64,000 nt of DNA, taken from assembly GCA_051362555.1 (NCBI GenBank), contig CM120641.1, positions 24,930,401-24,994,400 of the forward strand, written 5' to 3'. A program made the position numbers and the translations under genes. Source of the stretch: Lingula anatina. Lineage: Eukaryota > Animalia > Brachiopoda. The notes under the pieces were generated by a model. The model was not told the DNA's origin. It did not search any database and was given only the letters and a program-made list of their open reading frames with translations. Below, piece by piece: positions 31,301 to 56,952 of the stretch. The stretch's first letter is position 1; every line of letters starts with the position of its first letter.

Positions 31301-34153
31301 ATCTCCGTTAGGCCCGTTTTCTGTTTCTCTTCATTGAGAACTATGTTTCTTTCAGCACACCTCTGTTTCAGTATGCTCAGCTTCTTTTCATTGTCTGCTT
31401 TAGCTTCTGCTTCTGTATCACCCTGTCCCGCGATAATGATATCATCTACAACACAGAATATTCCATCTATGTCACTCAGGGCTTCATCTAATTTCCTTTG
31501 AAATATTTCACTCGAGACTTTTAGACCAAACGGCAGTCTGGACCACCTAAAGCGACCATACGGTGTTATCATTGTCGTGTATTTGCTTGACTCCTCGTCC
31601 AGGCGGACATGATAAAACGCCTCTTTAACGTCCAGCTGTGAAAATATTTTTGCATTGTTCAATTCTGGCAGTATGTCATCCAATACTGGCAGTCTGTAGT
31701 GCTCTCTCATCAGCGCTGTATTAAGAGGTTGTGGATCAATGCACACTCTAATTTTTCCATTAGGCTTCTGCACAATAGCCATCTGACTAACCCATGGTGT
31801 AGGCTCAGTCACTGGTATCAGTATTTGTCGCTCTACTAGAGAATCCAACTCTGCTTTGACACGGTCCTTCAGGGCAATTGGAATCTTGCGACATGGCAAC
31901 GCTCTGGGTTTCACGTCAGGGTCAAGTGTGAGGGTTGCTTCACCGAGGTCACCGGGTGCATTCTGCTTAGATCCCACTACTTTGGCAATAAACTTGTCTT
32001 TATTCACAGTAACAAGACCAAGTTTCTGAATAGCGTTCAGTCCTAGGATAGGCTGTAACTTATTGGAGACAACTACAAAGTGCACCATTTCACTGTCACC
32101 AGTCCTTGGGTTGTGTACTAGTAAGTCAGCTTCTCCAAGGGGTTTGAGTGTAGACTCATTAAACATGTGTAAAGTCATAGAGGATGCATGAGCCTGTGAT
32201 CTTTTGACATATCTCTGATTGATAATGTTCACATCTGCTCCACTGTCCAATTGGAAATGTACATCACAGTCATTTACAGTCATTTGAGCCGTCAGAATAT
32301 CAGTTTTTCTGTGCTTATTTACAGAGTTCACAGAATTGAGCCAACTATCTTCTTCTGCACAAGTTTCTTCCCCTGTGACGACACGCACCTTTTTACACAC
32401 TACTTTGAAATGGTTCCTACCTTTGCAGCCATTGCAGGTTTTCCCCCAAGCTGGACAATCTTCCTTTCTCATATTGTGCTTGGTGTTGCAATATTTACAG
32501 AGTTTAACCTGATGTGGCTTACTGTTCTTGGCCTGCAGAGGTTTATCTTGCCTTTGCTTCCGTGGAGGTTTAGTTTGCTGGAGTTTGTTAACACTTGTCT
32601 GTGCCTGGGACATTTGCTTTGCTTGATTATTAGCTTGCTGGTAGGAGTGACAGATTTTAATGCATTTCCTGAGATCAAGGTCACCCTCTCTCAATAACAG
32701 TTGTTGCAGCTTGCCACTGGTACTGAATACTATTTTGTCCCTTATCATTCGGTCCTCCATTTGGCCAAAATTACATGAAGCTGCTCTGCTTTTCAGCTCA
32801 GTTACATACTGATCAATTGGTTCCACATACGGAGTAGTCCAGAATCTGTGTGATTCTACCACTTCATTTATGAGGGGGTTGCAGTACTCTTCAATCTTTC
32901 TCAGAACTTCGTCTGGGTCATTTGGGTCGCTATCACCCCATTCAAAGTGATCATATGCTTTGAGTAGTGATTCACCGCCACAGTTAATAATGGTTGCTAC
33001 TTGAATTTCTTTCTCCATTTTCTTTATACCACTAGCTAGTAAGTATATTTCAATCTGTCTCTTCCAAGCTTTAAAGTTTTCGGGTACGTTACCGGTTTGC
33101 AAGTTAAGCTCTGGCGGGAGACGCAAATTGGTATTAACGTGGAGAAATGGAACTGCCGGATCGGCCTCGTTGCTTCCAGTCGCCATTTTCTCAGTAGACA
33201 GACCACGTGGAACGGCAAAGTTAATATTCTTATGTTTAAGAGAATATTATCAGTATCTATCACTCACTCAGTCAATGAAGATTGCTCTATTCTCCACCGC
33301 TTGCCACCATGTTGATCTCGGTCCCAGTTTTGTATGGACCAGACTGTGTGTATGTGGAACAACACAATATTCACATGTTCAATAAACACTGAACTTTATT
33401 CAACACCTAACCATTATACTAATGCATCATGGGAACGGAACACAATGTCAGAGGTCACGGTCTCAACTAACACAATCATCAACAAATCTGACAAGTAAGA
33501 TGAACAACAGTTATTACCTAGTGATATATTACTCTTTAATATCACTCTATTTTCAGAAAAAAATCCTTTCCTCTGTGTTGTTCTTAGTACTGCACATTTT
33601 AGGATGAACTTTTATTGGGTAATATAAAACCTTGATATTTCTACAAGTTATGCATTTTGAAACTTAATGGTGGCACTTTTTCATGTTTTAATATCATAAT
33701 AAATCTATCTATTTTTTAAACTAATCAATATCTTCCCCTCTTCCACTTGCTCTGCTCCAACAAAAGCATTTCACTTTTTAGCTGCCGCCTACTTCCCCGT
33801 CCCACGCCGATAAGGTATGAGAGTATGCACGACGATTCCCACATAAAGTAGATATTAGCACAAGTCACTGCCTGGCTGCTTAAGGAAACCGATCTAAAAT
33901 GATTTGGATTGATTTCGATTCCTATCCATTAATCAAAAACACGTTTCATTCTGGGAAACATCTTATCTTAGCGAATCAGTGCAAATTTTAAGTGTTTCCT
34001 ATTAATTTGCCATATTACCTTTTTCAATCTGTCTATCAAGACAGCCTTAACCCCAGTCTTTTCAAGACTTCGTCGTTCTAACTCCGCCCGAAGGTCCACA
34101 ACTCGTAAATCTTCCAGCTTTTTTGCAACTCCTTGCTCGCACTCCGACGCCAT
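13322..34153 (-). CDS. SAFB: Scaffold attachment factor B / SLTM family protein (SAP, RRM, RE coiled-coil, RG-rich tail), 20 coding exons, ~1233 aa
   Basis: Exons 34153-34019, 27483-27372, 26581-26559, 23885-23811, 23160-23065, 21745-21697, 20310-19677, 19095-19046, 18673-18564, 18204-18055, 17732-17615, 17462-17214, 17006-16765, 16597-16434, 16123-15995, 15851-15315, 15187-14904, 14605-14489, 14266-14204, 13686-13322 give one open frame. SAP domain [31 protein letters not shown]; [39 protein letters not shown]. Small acidic exons are less certain. Confidence 0.92.
19221..19258. repeat. (AC)n microsatellite, read as UG repeats in SAFB pre-mRNA
   Basis: Interrupted AC run in SAFB intron 7. 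Confidence 0.9.
27545..27687. mobile_element. Degenerate small MITE in SAFB intron 1
   Basis: CATGGGTGAAA...TTTCACCCATG inverted termini, internal AATCCTG repeats, CAC on both flanks. Confidence 0.5.
28394..28568 (-). repeat. 3' LTR of the gypsy element
   Basis: Direct repeat of 33310-33484; TGTTGAT...ATCAACA ends. Confidence 0.97.
29027..29204. repeat. Two-copy tandem duplication (~86-89 bp) spanning the gypsy stop codon
   Basis: AGTGATTCCTGAAACAAATTACAGTCCATGTAAACAGTCC...GTAAACTACATAGT repeats at 29027 and 29113 with a 3-bp indel. Confidence 0.9.
29185..33186 (-). CDS. Gag-Pol polyprotein, 1333 aa (capsid, two CCHC knuckles, protease, RT, RNase H, integrase)
   Basis: [15 protein letters not shown] and [14 protein letters not shown]; protease LDSGADVN; [24 protein letters not shown]; RNase [13 protein letters not shown] and ENDHKPL; integrase HKSH...[24 protein letters not shown], in gypsy domain order. 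Confidence 0.97.
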   Translation of the reverse strand: MATGSNEADPAVPFLHVNTNLRLPPELNLQTGNVPENFKAWKRQIEIYLLASGIKKMEKEIQVATIINCGGESLLKAYDHFEWGDSDPNDPDEVLRKIEEYCNPLINEVVESHRFWTTPYVEPIDQYVTELKSRAASCNFGQMEDRMIRDKIVFSTSGKLQQLLLREGDLDLRKCIKICHSYQQANNQAKQMSQAQTSVNKLQQTKPPRKQRQDKPLQAKNSKPHQVKLCKYCNTKHNMRKEDCPAWGKTCNGCKGRNHFKVVCKKVRVVTGEETCAEEDSWLNSVNSVNKHRKTDILTAQMTVNDCDVHFQLDSGADVNIINQRYVKRSQAHASSMTLHMFNESTLKPLGEADLLVHNPRTGDSEMVHFVVVSNKLQPILGLNAIQKLGLVTVNKDKFIAKVVGSKQNAPGDLGEATLTLDPDVKPRALPCRKIPIALKDRVKAELDSLVERQILIPVTEPTPWVSQMAIVQKPNGKIRVCIDPQPLNTALMREHYRLPVLDDILPELNNAKIFSQLDVKEAFYHVRLDEESSKYTTMITPYGRFRWSRLPFGLKVSSEIFQRKLDEALSDIDGIFCVVDDIIIAGQGDTEAEAKADNEKKLSILKQRCAERNIVLNEEKQKTGLTEITFHGHKISKDGVKVDAAKVKAIIDMPSPTDVSSVKRLCGMVQYLSRFLPDLSGMMEPIRELTRKDVPFQWTKQCEMALNTVKESLTKAPLLAYFNPEKEVRLQVDSSQHGLGAVLLQEGKPVEYASRSLTASERKWAQIEKEALAILYGLERFDQYTYGRKVIIENDHKPLDSILRKPLSSAPKRLQDIMMRLYRYDFEFHFVKGTSLIIADCLSRAHLMDDLEHRPRIMDIRVNEDISDARLIEIRDATLADEDMQVLSDLIENGWPESKVSTPDVCKPYYDIRDTLSLYEGIIVKGEAVVIPKSMRADIKKRLHKSHCGYDSMTRRARGTVYWPSMNAEIKQLADNCEACQEMKPRTSKNLLNQHDRGTSAWQKVGLDLFEIKGRNYLVTVDYYSNFIEVDYLSTTTSNVVIAILKKHFARYGVPITLVSDGGPQFASSVFDQFTKKWGIRHIKSSPHYPRANGKAESAVKTVKHLMYKCVKNNEDQFEALLELRNVPRQETGLSPYQMVFGKPGRTFLPSVAKKSKDPQVLEKINKRNKSVKKYHDKSARDLPKLKIGQNVYFEQKQNQQWILGKVLDTCDEHSYQVKAQDGATYRRNRIHIRPTKIEPYIRDKSPARMTNNEFPTGGKLQDCQNPMYTPSDNVTKQRENYHSTANANELTETKTVESADSIKTGNEVPQTIRPKRECRKPNYLKDYVVYK
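33310..33484 (-). repeat. 5' LTR of the gypsy element
   Basis: Direct repeat of 28394-28568, followed on the minus strand by the PBS. Confidence 0.97.
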
Positions 34154-34215
34154 CATGGATTCTCCCGGGATAAAACGGTCCCGGATGTAGACCATGGTCT
34201 CGGTTTCGGAAAACT
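34154..34215. promoter_or_regulatory. Ultra-compact bidirectional promoter core between SAFB and TEDC2-like
   Basis: Divergent ATGs at 34153/34156(-) and 34216(+). CpG-rich, with palindromes TCCCGGGA and AGACCATGGTCT. Confidence 0.6.
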
Positions 34216-39683
<5,468 letters not shown>

Positions 39684-39709
39684 TACTAACGTAAAGACAT
39701 TTAGTCTTA

Positions 39710-40430
39710 GACCGCATTCACAACGATTTGAGCTAGGTTTTACAAATCCTGGGACTAAATATGGCGGACGTACATGAAAGGAAAACCGCCTAATCTTTTA
39801 ATAGTCTCTCCGCCTCTCACATGCCTCCCCACACATCGTCCCTGCAGGGTACAGTCATTAAATCTCAGCTCTGTTCGCCATGTGGAAGCTACCTGAGAAA
39901 AAGAAATGAATTGGCCCGTAGAGCAGCTATGAATCGGGATCAAAATCGTGAAAACACCCCCCCCCCCCTTTCCAGTTTGACCAGGCATAGGGAACAAGGC
40001 AAACATCAGCATCAGAACAAACTGCGCCCTCTGACGAGACTGCATACGCAAAAATTCTGCCCTCCTCCGTCTACTGGGGCCGGGTATCTCCGTTGACAGC
40101 CAATTCATTGCTGCTCTACGGGCCAATTCATTTCTTTTTCGTCTCTGTTTTGAAAGATAATAGAACAGAGGAGCTTTTTTCCTTCAGTCACCACGCTTTC
40201 TTCACCTCAAGTTTAATTGATGAGCATGCACACTAAATATTTCTCAGGCAGCTTCCGCATGGCGAACGGATCCGAGATTTAATGACTGTACCCTGCAGGG
40301 ATGACGTGTGGGGAGGCGTGTGAGAGGCGGAGAGACTATTAAAAGATTAGGCGGTTTTCCTTTCATGTACGTCCGCCATATTTAGTCCCAGGATTTGTAA
40401 ATCCTGGCTCAAATCGTTGTGAATGCGGTC
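39710..40430. mobile_element. PIF/Harbinger-like MITE (family C, long copy) with TTA TSD
   Basis: TTA|GACCGCATTCACAACG...CGTTGTGAATGCGGTC|TTA. Near-perfect TIRs of about 190 bp plus an inner inverted pair (39897-39927 / 40110-40140). Confidence 0.92.
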
Positions 40431-40700
40431 TTAGATGGGAATCAGTGTCAATTCTCAGTTCCCTTTCTGATGGAGCAAGGAAAGAATAAAATTTGTACTG
40501 GAGTTTTCCTCCATTGTGCTTTTGTTTCAAACATTTTACAAGCTTCCTCAAGAGGCAGTTTGTCTACTTGTGTCCCCCCCACCCTCAAGTTTTAGGACAC
40601 TAGAATGGCAGAGGCATGCAAGTAGTACCTGCACATATCTCTCCATTGTTATACTCCTAGAGAAGTTTTTAAATTGAATGAACTTGTTTCAATAATTTAA

Positions 40701-40933
40701 GGGACCATTCCCATAGATTTTAGATTGATCCATCTCCCTGAAGAGTCTCACTAAATTGCTTAACTGGCTTAAATGTCTATCATGCCTTGTAAAGCTATAA
40801 GGGGGTAATTATCTTTACCCTGGCTGATTTGGTAGGTATGACAGACATTCATGCCAGTTAATAGCAATATAGTGAGACTCCCCAGGGAGTTAGACTGATC
40901 CAGAAGGATCGATCTAGGCATGGGAACCCAGTC
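40701..40933. mobile_element. MITE family B, copy 3
   Basis: Reverse-complement match to 3907-4153 (GATCTAGGCATGGGAACCCAGTC end). Confidence 0.8.
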
Positions 40934-43182
40934 CAACATGCTTAGATCTCTCCCAAAATTCACCATTCCTTTGTCAAAATTAAATTAACCAGATTTTTAT
41001 TACTTTTCGATTTTCATTCTTTTTAGTGCTATTGTTGTCAGGATGTTCACAAAACCTGCACAGCATATTTTGCAGTCTTAAAATTGCTGCTTGGCATGCC
41101 CACATTGAAAAGTGGTAAATGAATCTTTAATGAGCAGTCTTGCACTTGATTATTAGTGTCTGTCAACTCTTCATTGCAGAAAGTTACTTATTAAATTTTG
41201 ATGAGCTTTTACTTTCATAATTCTTAAAATTCACTTAGTTAAAACTGTCCAAAGTGGACCTAGTAACATTTACATTTTGGTGGCCATTCACCAAAATGTG
41301 AATTGAGCTGCCTTGCTGGGGGTCTGCACAATCCAAGTGATTCTTTGCTGCCACAGGCATGCATCCCAAGCATGTAAATAAGCCTGCCAAGTTCATGTTT
41401 TTCAATGCAACTAAGAAAAAACTCTTATAACAAATATATGTTTTCATCATTTTATTATTTAAACTTCAGTATTCAATGTGTTCCCTAGTAGTGAAGTTCA
41501 TCTTTGGATTCACCATAACATATGAAGTCCACCATCTGCATACTGTTTGCTCGCTTACTGCGAAATGCATCAGACAAAATAGATGCGACAACTGGGTTTC
41601 TGGTCATGTTCCCAAAGATACTTTGATGTCAGGCCTTATCCTTGTTTAACTTACCTGCAGCTTCAGTCTTTGTTCCACACCTAGATCAATCTAAAAAGTT
41701 GGAAAGGGAAATGCAACAGCATCTTCCAAGTAGTGAAAAGTGCATTTCTCAGCACTGTCACGTGACAGAAGTCACATGCCCAGTGCAACTCATTACCCAA
41801 GGCCCTGAAATTGGGGACATATCACCCTTTCAGAATACTGCCCTGCTCCAAGAAAAAAATCCTGGTGCCCATCGAAACTTCCCTCATCTGCACACAACAT
41901 GGTTACTCAATTTCAAAGTACCTGTGATATTAAAGGTAAGGAGACAATCACACACTTCAGCAATTTAATCAGGAGAATGTCATCATGCTTGGAAAGTGAA
42001 AATGTGCAGCACTGGAGCAACAAGCTGGAGCGTACACCAAAAAATAAACCCCACATTTTGATACATTAACGTCAATACTCTGCCCCTCCCCCAACCCCCA
42101 AAAATAAATGATATGAAAGAAAAATTCAAGGAAAAAAAAAAAAAAAAAACTGAAATATAATCTATTATTGTAGAGTAAATTTTGTCGAATTTTGTCCTGC
42201 AACCAATTTCTATTTAAACATTTAACAAAAAAAAAAAAAAAAGTTTAATCTCATATCTGTGAAACAACAGATCTGAACGAGTAAATTTTGATTTAAATGG
42301 AGTCCAAACTAAATAACTGCAACATGTGTACAGTGTTCTTTTTTGATTCAAAAATGAAATGGAAACAAAAAATTCGTCTGATGTCACTGTGTGAAAATAA
42401 AAATTTCATATGGTTGAAAAAAGTATAGGCCAAAATAAATATCATGCTGCAGTGCAATTAATGTTATTGCAATTCAAGTATTAGAATTGGCATTCTCGGA
42501 CCTAGTGTGTTGCTGGCAGCATTCAGAGGTGAATTCCTGCCCTTTCCCGCTGGCTCTCTGGGCCACGGCTCTCGGTGCAGCCATTAATCAGACCAGCTCA
42601 CACTTCAAGCCACTGACAGCAGACTCCAACCCCAAACAGCTAAATTATCTGCACAGCAACCTGGGCTACTGCTCTCGGCACTGCTCATGACAGCATACCC
42701 CAACTCAGCTAAATTATCAGCACAGCTACTGCGCCTGAATTTTTAGGAAATAAGAGCAAGTTAATAGTGGCATATACAAAATATGATTTATTACTTGCTA
42801 AAACACTTAAAATATCTGAAAATTAATTGAGTTAAGCATATTCAAGCTTCATACAAATCAACACACTGTTATCCTACAAAAATTCTACAGAGCCTTATCT
42901 ACATAAAAGTTTACTTGAACACCTCTCTCAGTTACGATAGATTAAGTCATTGTCTGATAAGGCCGTCTTTCTTCCAGAATTCAATTCAATATTCTGTTCT
43001 TTGCTAAGGTCATGACCTCAAGTAGAGACTATAAGTGTCAACCTTTGTTCTGAGGAATGTCTTATGTTATGTTCAGTGATATTAACCTTTCCACAGCAGA
43101 GGAAGGAGATGCAAAGCTGCCAGGTCCATGAGAAAACTGTTCAAGGAAGGACAGCATTCTTGTAATATCAAAGCATCCAAGT

Positions 43183-44076
43183 CTAAGATGCTGGAGACTT
43201 GGACACAGATCTGCTACGGCTTCTGCTCCTGCTCTTTGATGGACTTCTACTTGCTTTACCACCACGACTTCTGCTGCGACTTCTGCTGTAAGACCGGCTG
43301 CGAGATCTGCTGCGAGATCTACTGTACGATCTGGAGTGCCTTCTGCTGTCCCTGAAAAGGGAATACATGTTTAAATTCATAAAATTTAAAAAAAAAAAAG
43401 TTTTATTAAAACATAATGTACTTTCACATAATTTTAACAACTCAAAATACGACCAAGAACACAACTGCAGAAAAGTTGAACACTGTGCGCCAACCCTTTG
43501 TTGTATATATCGTCCAGCAAACAAAGCGGGAACAAAGCCAAAGAAATGACCTAAATTTTGCTGCCAACAATACGTCCCTATTCCAACTTCCAAGGAGGCA
43601 AGGGCCTTTAACTGTAAAGTTTACAATTTGATGCCAAATATAATTTATTCTAATATAAAAATGGGAGAAACAGGTCATAATGACAATACTACAGTTATGC
43701 ACCTTCTTCCTCGAGATCCTCTGTATCCGCCACCGCCGCCACCCCCGCCATACGATCTCCGTGGACCACCGCGTCTAGGCTCAGCTGGTCTGCCATATCT
43801 AGCCATCTGTACTCTTAGTTCTCTTCCATCCATGATGGCTCCATCCATCGCATCCATTGCATCTTCGGCATCCCGCTTGTCGTAGAATCGAACAAAGGCA
43901 AAACCACGGCTTTCGCGGGTAAATCTGTCACGGGGGATGTAAACGTCGCCAACATCTCCGTATTTCTCAAATGACCTGCGTAAATCCTCCGGAGTGGTCC
44001 TATAAGTTAAATTGTCAACCTTCAACGATGCCATATCATCCACATTTTGAGGTGGCCTTCCATATCCGCCCGACAT
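43183..44076 (-). CDS. SRSF2: Serine/arginine-rich splicing factor 2 (SC35), 2 coding exons, ~180 aa
   Basis: Exons 44076-43703 and 43351-43183. [51 protein letters not shown]...[14 protein letters not shown], followed by an RS domain. Confidence 0.97.
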
Positions 44077-44390
44077 TTTCCTGGATAAAATATCAACGAC
44101 GCCGAACAATCTACTTTGCAAATGGAGTGATATGGGTTCGACAACGTATATTCCACGGTCAACCAGGAAGTGTAATATGACACGTGCCTAAAAGTGAAAC
44201 AAAACCAAAATGTAAAACTTGAACGTTGCATTTTTCTTTACACGTCTAGTAGCACTCACAAAAATCAATTTGAAAATAAATCGCCTAGTTAATAAAAAAA
44301 GTGCACGTCAAAAATATAACATCAATTTATTTGTAAAACATTCTTGTTTTTTTCATCTCACCCGATCATGTGATGTCAACATTCGAAAAC

Positions 44391-44400
<10 letters not shown>
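44077..44400. promoter_or_regulatory. Bidirectional promoter SRSF2/MFSD11
   Basis: Divergent ATGs 315 bp apart. CAGGAAGTG (ETS-like, 44164), CACGTG (44181), TCATGTGA (44366) and YY1-like AACATGGCGG over the MFSD11 ATG. Confidence 0.65.
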
Positions 44401-55201
<10,801 letters not shown>

Positions 55202-56850
55202 CAGGAGGTAAGGAAATAACAAATTGGGAAAATCATAATACAGAAATGTATAACAGGCCGGGCTTTTGATTCTATACTTATTTGAGGTGCACTAAGTCTT
55301 GTAAGACTTTGGAATGTTATAAGATATTAAACTTATTGTTTTTTTTTTTAATATGGCTGTCTCAGCTGTTAATATATTTGAATTAAAAGAAAGAAATATT
55401 TTTTTGGGGATTTTCTTACCTGTTGTTTTGTTCAATGTTTTAGGACTCTGATGACCAACTCTCTGAAATATATGATCAGGTATGAAAAGGCCGATATGTG
55501 TGGGCATTCTTTATGTGAAACTCATTAAACATGGGTCCTTATCAGAGGTGCACTGTTAACATTATGTCTTTATATGATATAAAATCTTTTATAGAAATTA
55601 CAGTAAATTTCCTCTAATCACCAACTTGAAGGTGAACACTAACTAAAAAAATGTTGAGAAAATTAAAATCTATAAACCTTTTTTGTTTTAGAGTATAACA
55701 TTTTTCTATTTTTTGAGTCACTATTGTAATCAATATGGAAGCTTGTGAATTATTTATGCAAAAATTTTAATTTGAAACATCAATTTAGACTTTAGATAAA
55801 TCTGTTGTCTTCTGGAATTTTGTCGTAACATTGTGTAATCATGTGTAATTTGTCAGCAAGCTTAATAGTGCTATAACCATTATGAATCATTTATGATGTA
55901 TTCATAAAATAGTAAATTATAACTATGTGATAAACTTTGTACACTGCTGCATGTGTATTGTTTGAGGTATTGAAAATAGCTGGATAAATATTCTTATACA
56001 TAGATAAAACCTATTAAAAGAGGCGGTGGTGTGTTTGGAATGTCTTGTGTATCGAATATTTGTGCTGACTCTTTCATATATTTATTATTTATATTTGTTC
56101 TTTATTTTTTTTAGTCTGGAGTCTTAAGAATTACTTAGAAATTTCACTTTCAACCTTTCCAGGGTGAAGAGGACCACTTATTGTGAGAAATTATTTAGAA
56201 TAGATGAAATATAGAAAACATTTACCACTTTTTGTGTCCAAAAATAGTTTTAAAAAGTAGCATGGAGCCTTTATAACTTTATTGCAAAGACAACAACACC
56301 AGTAACTTGTGCCCAAGCTTGGAATCATGTCCTGTCCGTGGACTACTGGCATAAATAGAGAGACTTAAAATGAGTGACTGCCAAAGGAAAGTCACAGTAA
56401 ATATTTATAGGCAAGAAAGTAAGTGCAAGGGTGACAAGAAGTGGTGGCTTCAATTGTGAATTTGTTTTCGAACAAAAATAAGGTGAAAACACTGTTGGGT
56501 ATGATTTTTTAATGAGCATGGAATTGTTCAAATTTGGCAAAATGTTGATTAAAATGGAAAAATAACTGCCATATTTTGCTACAAATTTGCCCTTTTCTCC
56601 TTTAAAATTATATATAAAAATAAATGCAAGAGTGAAAAAGTGAATTGGTCAAAAAATTGGCCAAAATTGTGATATGAATGAGATTTTTTTGTGCAATTTA
56701 TATAATGTTGAGAGTATAGTTCCTCTTGAGTTGTATCATATTGTATGTACTGAAGATTGTTTTGGCATCAGTGGTGGGTGCTGCAATAAATTGTCAGATC
56801 TAACTTATGTTTGAGCAAGGAGTTATAACTCCTTGGTTTGAGTAAGTACT

Positions 56851-56952
56851 AGTTACAACAAGAGTCGTCCACTGTATGCGACATACAAGAGTGTAATTAT
56901 ATCGAGGCGCAGTCTGTAGGACGCATACAGTGGACGACGAGTAGTTGTAACT
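56851..56952. repeat. ~100-bp inverted repeat (small MITE or hairpin RNA)
   Basis: AGTTACAAC....GTCGTCCACTGTATGCG pairs with CGCATACAGTGGACGAC.....GTTGTAACT. Confidence 0.8.

Larger units (their letters stand above)
28394..33484 (-). mobile_element. Full-length Ty3/gypsy LTR retrotransposon, Mag-like lineage, in SAFB intron 1
   Basis: Two 175-bp TG...CA LTRs that read identical, AATCT TSD (28389-28393 and 33485-33489), tRNA-Leu-like PBS TGGTGGCAAGCGGTGG next to the 5' LTR, PPT AAAGAAGGGGGGA next to the 3' LTR, single gag-pol ORF. Confidence 0.97.

Noticed and set aside
31430-31460. RT motif reads VVDD instead of YxDD, suggesting an inactive enzyme
   Set aside because: Both catalytic aspartates are present, hydrophobic replacement of Y occurs in Mag-like elements, and the identical LTRs indicate recent activity.
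31139-32697. Plus-strand ORFs of 120-148 aa inside the retrotransposon
   Set aside because: Antisense shadows of the pol frame with no recognisable motifs.
39755-40126. 123-aa and 91-aa ORFs within MITE family C
   Set aside because: They run through TIR sequence and show no transposase motif.
41968-41986. Box C (ATGATGA) and box D (CTGA) on the minus strand, suggesting a snoRNA
   Set aside because: The boxes are only a few nucleotides apart, leaving no room for a guide RNA. A similar C box near 25475 has no D box.
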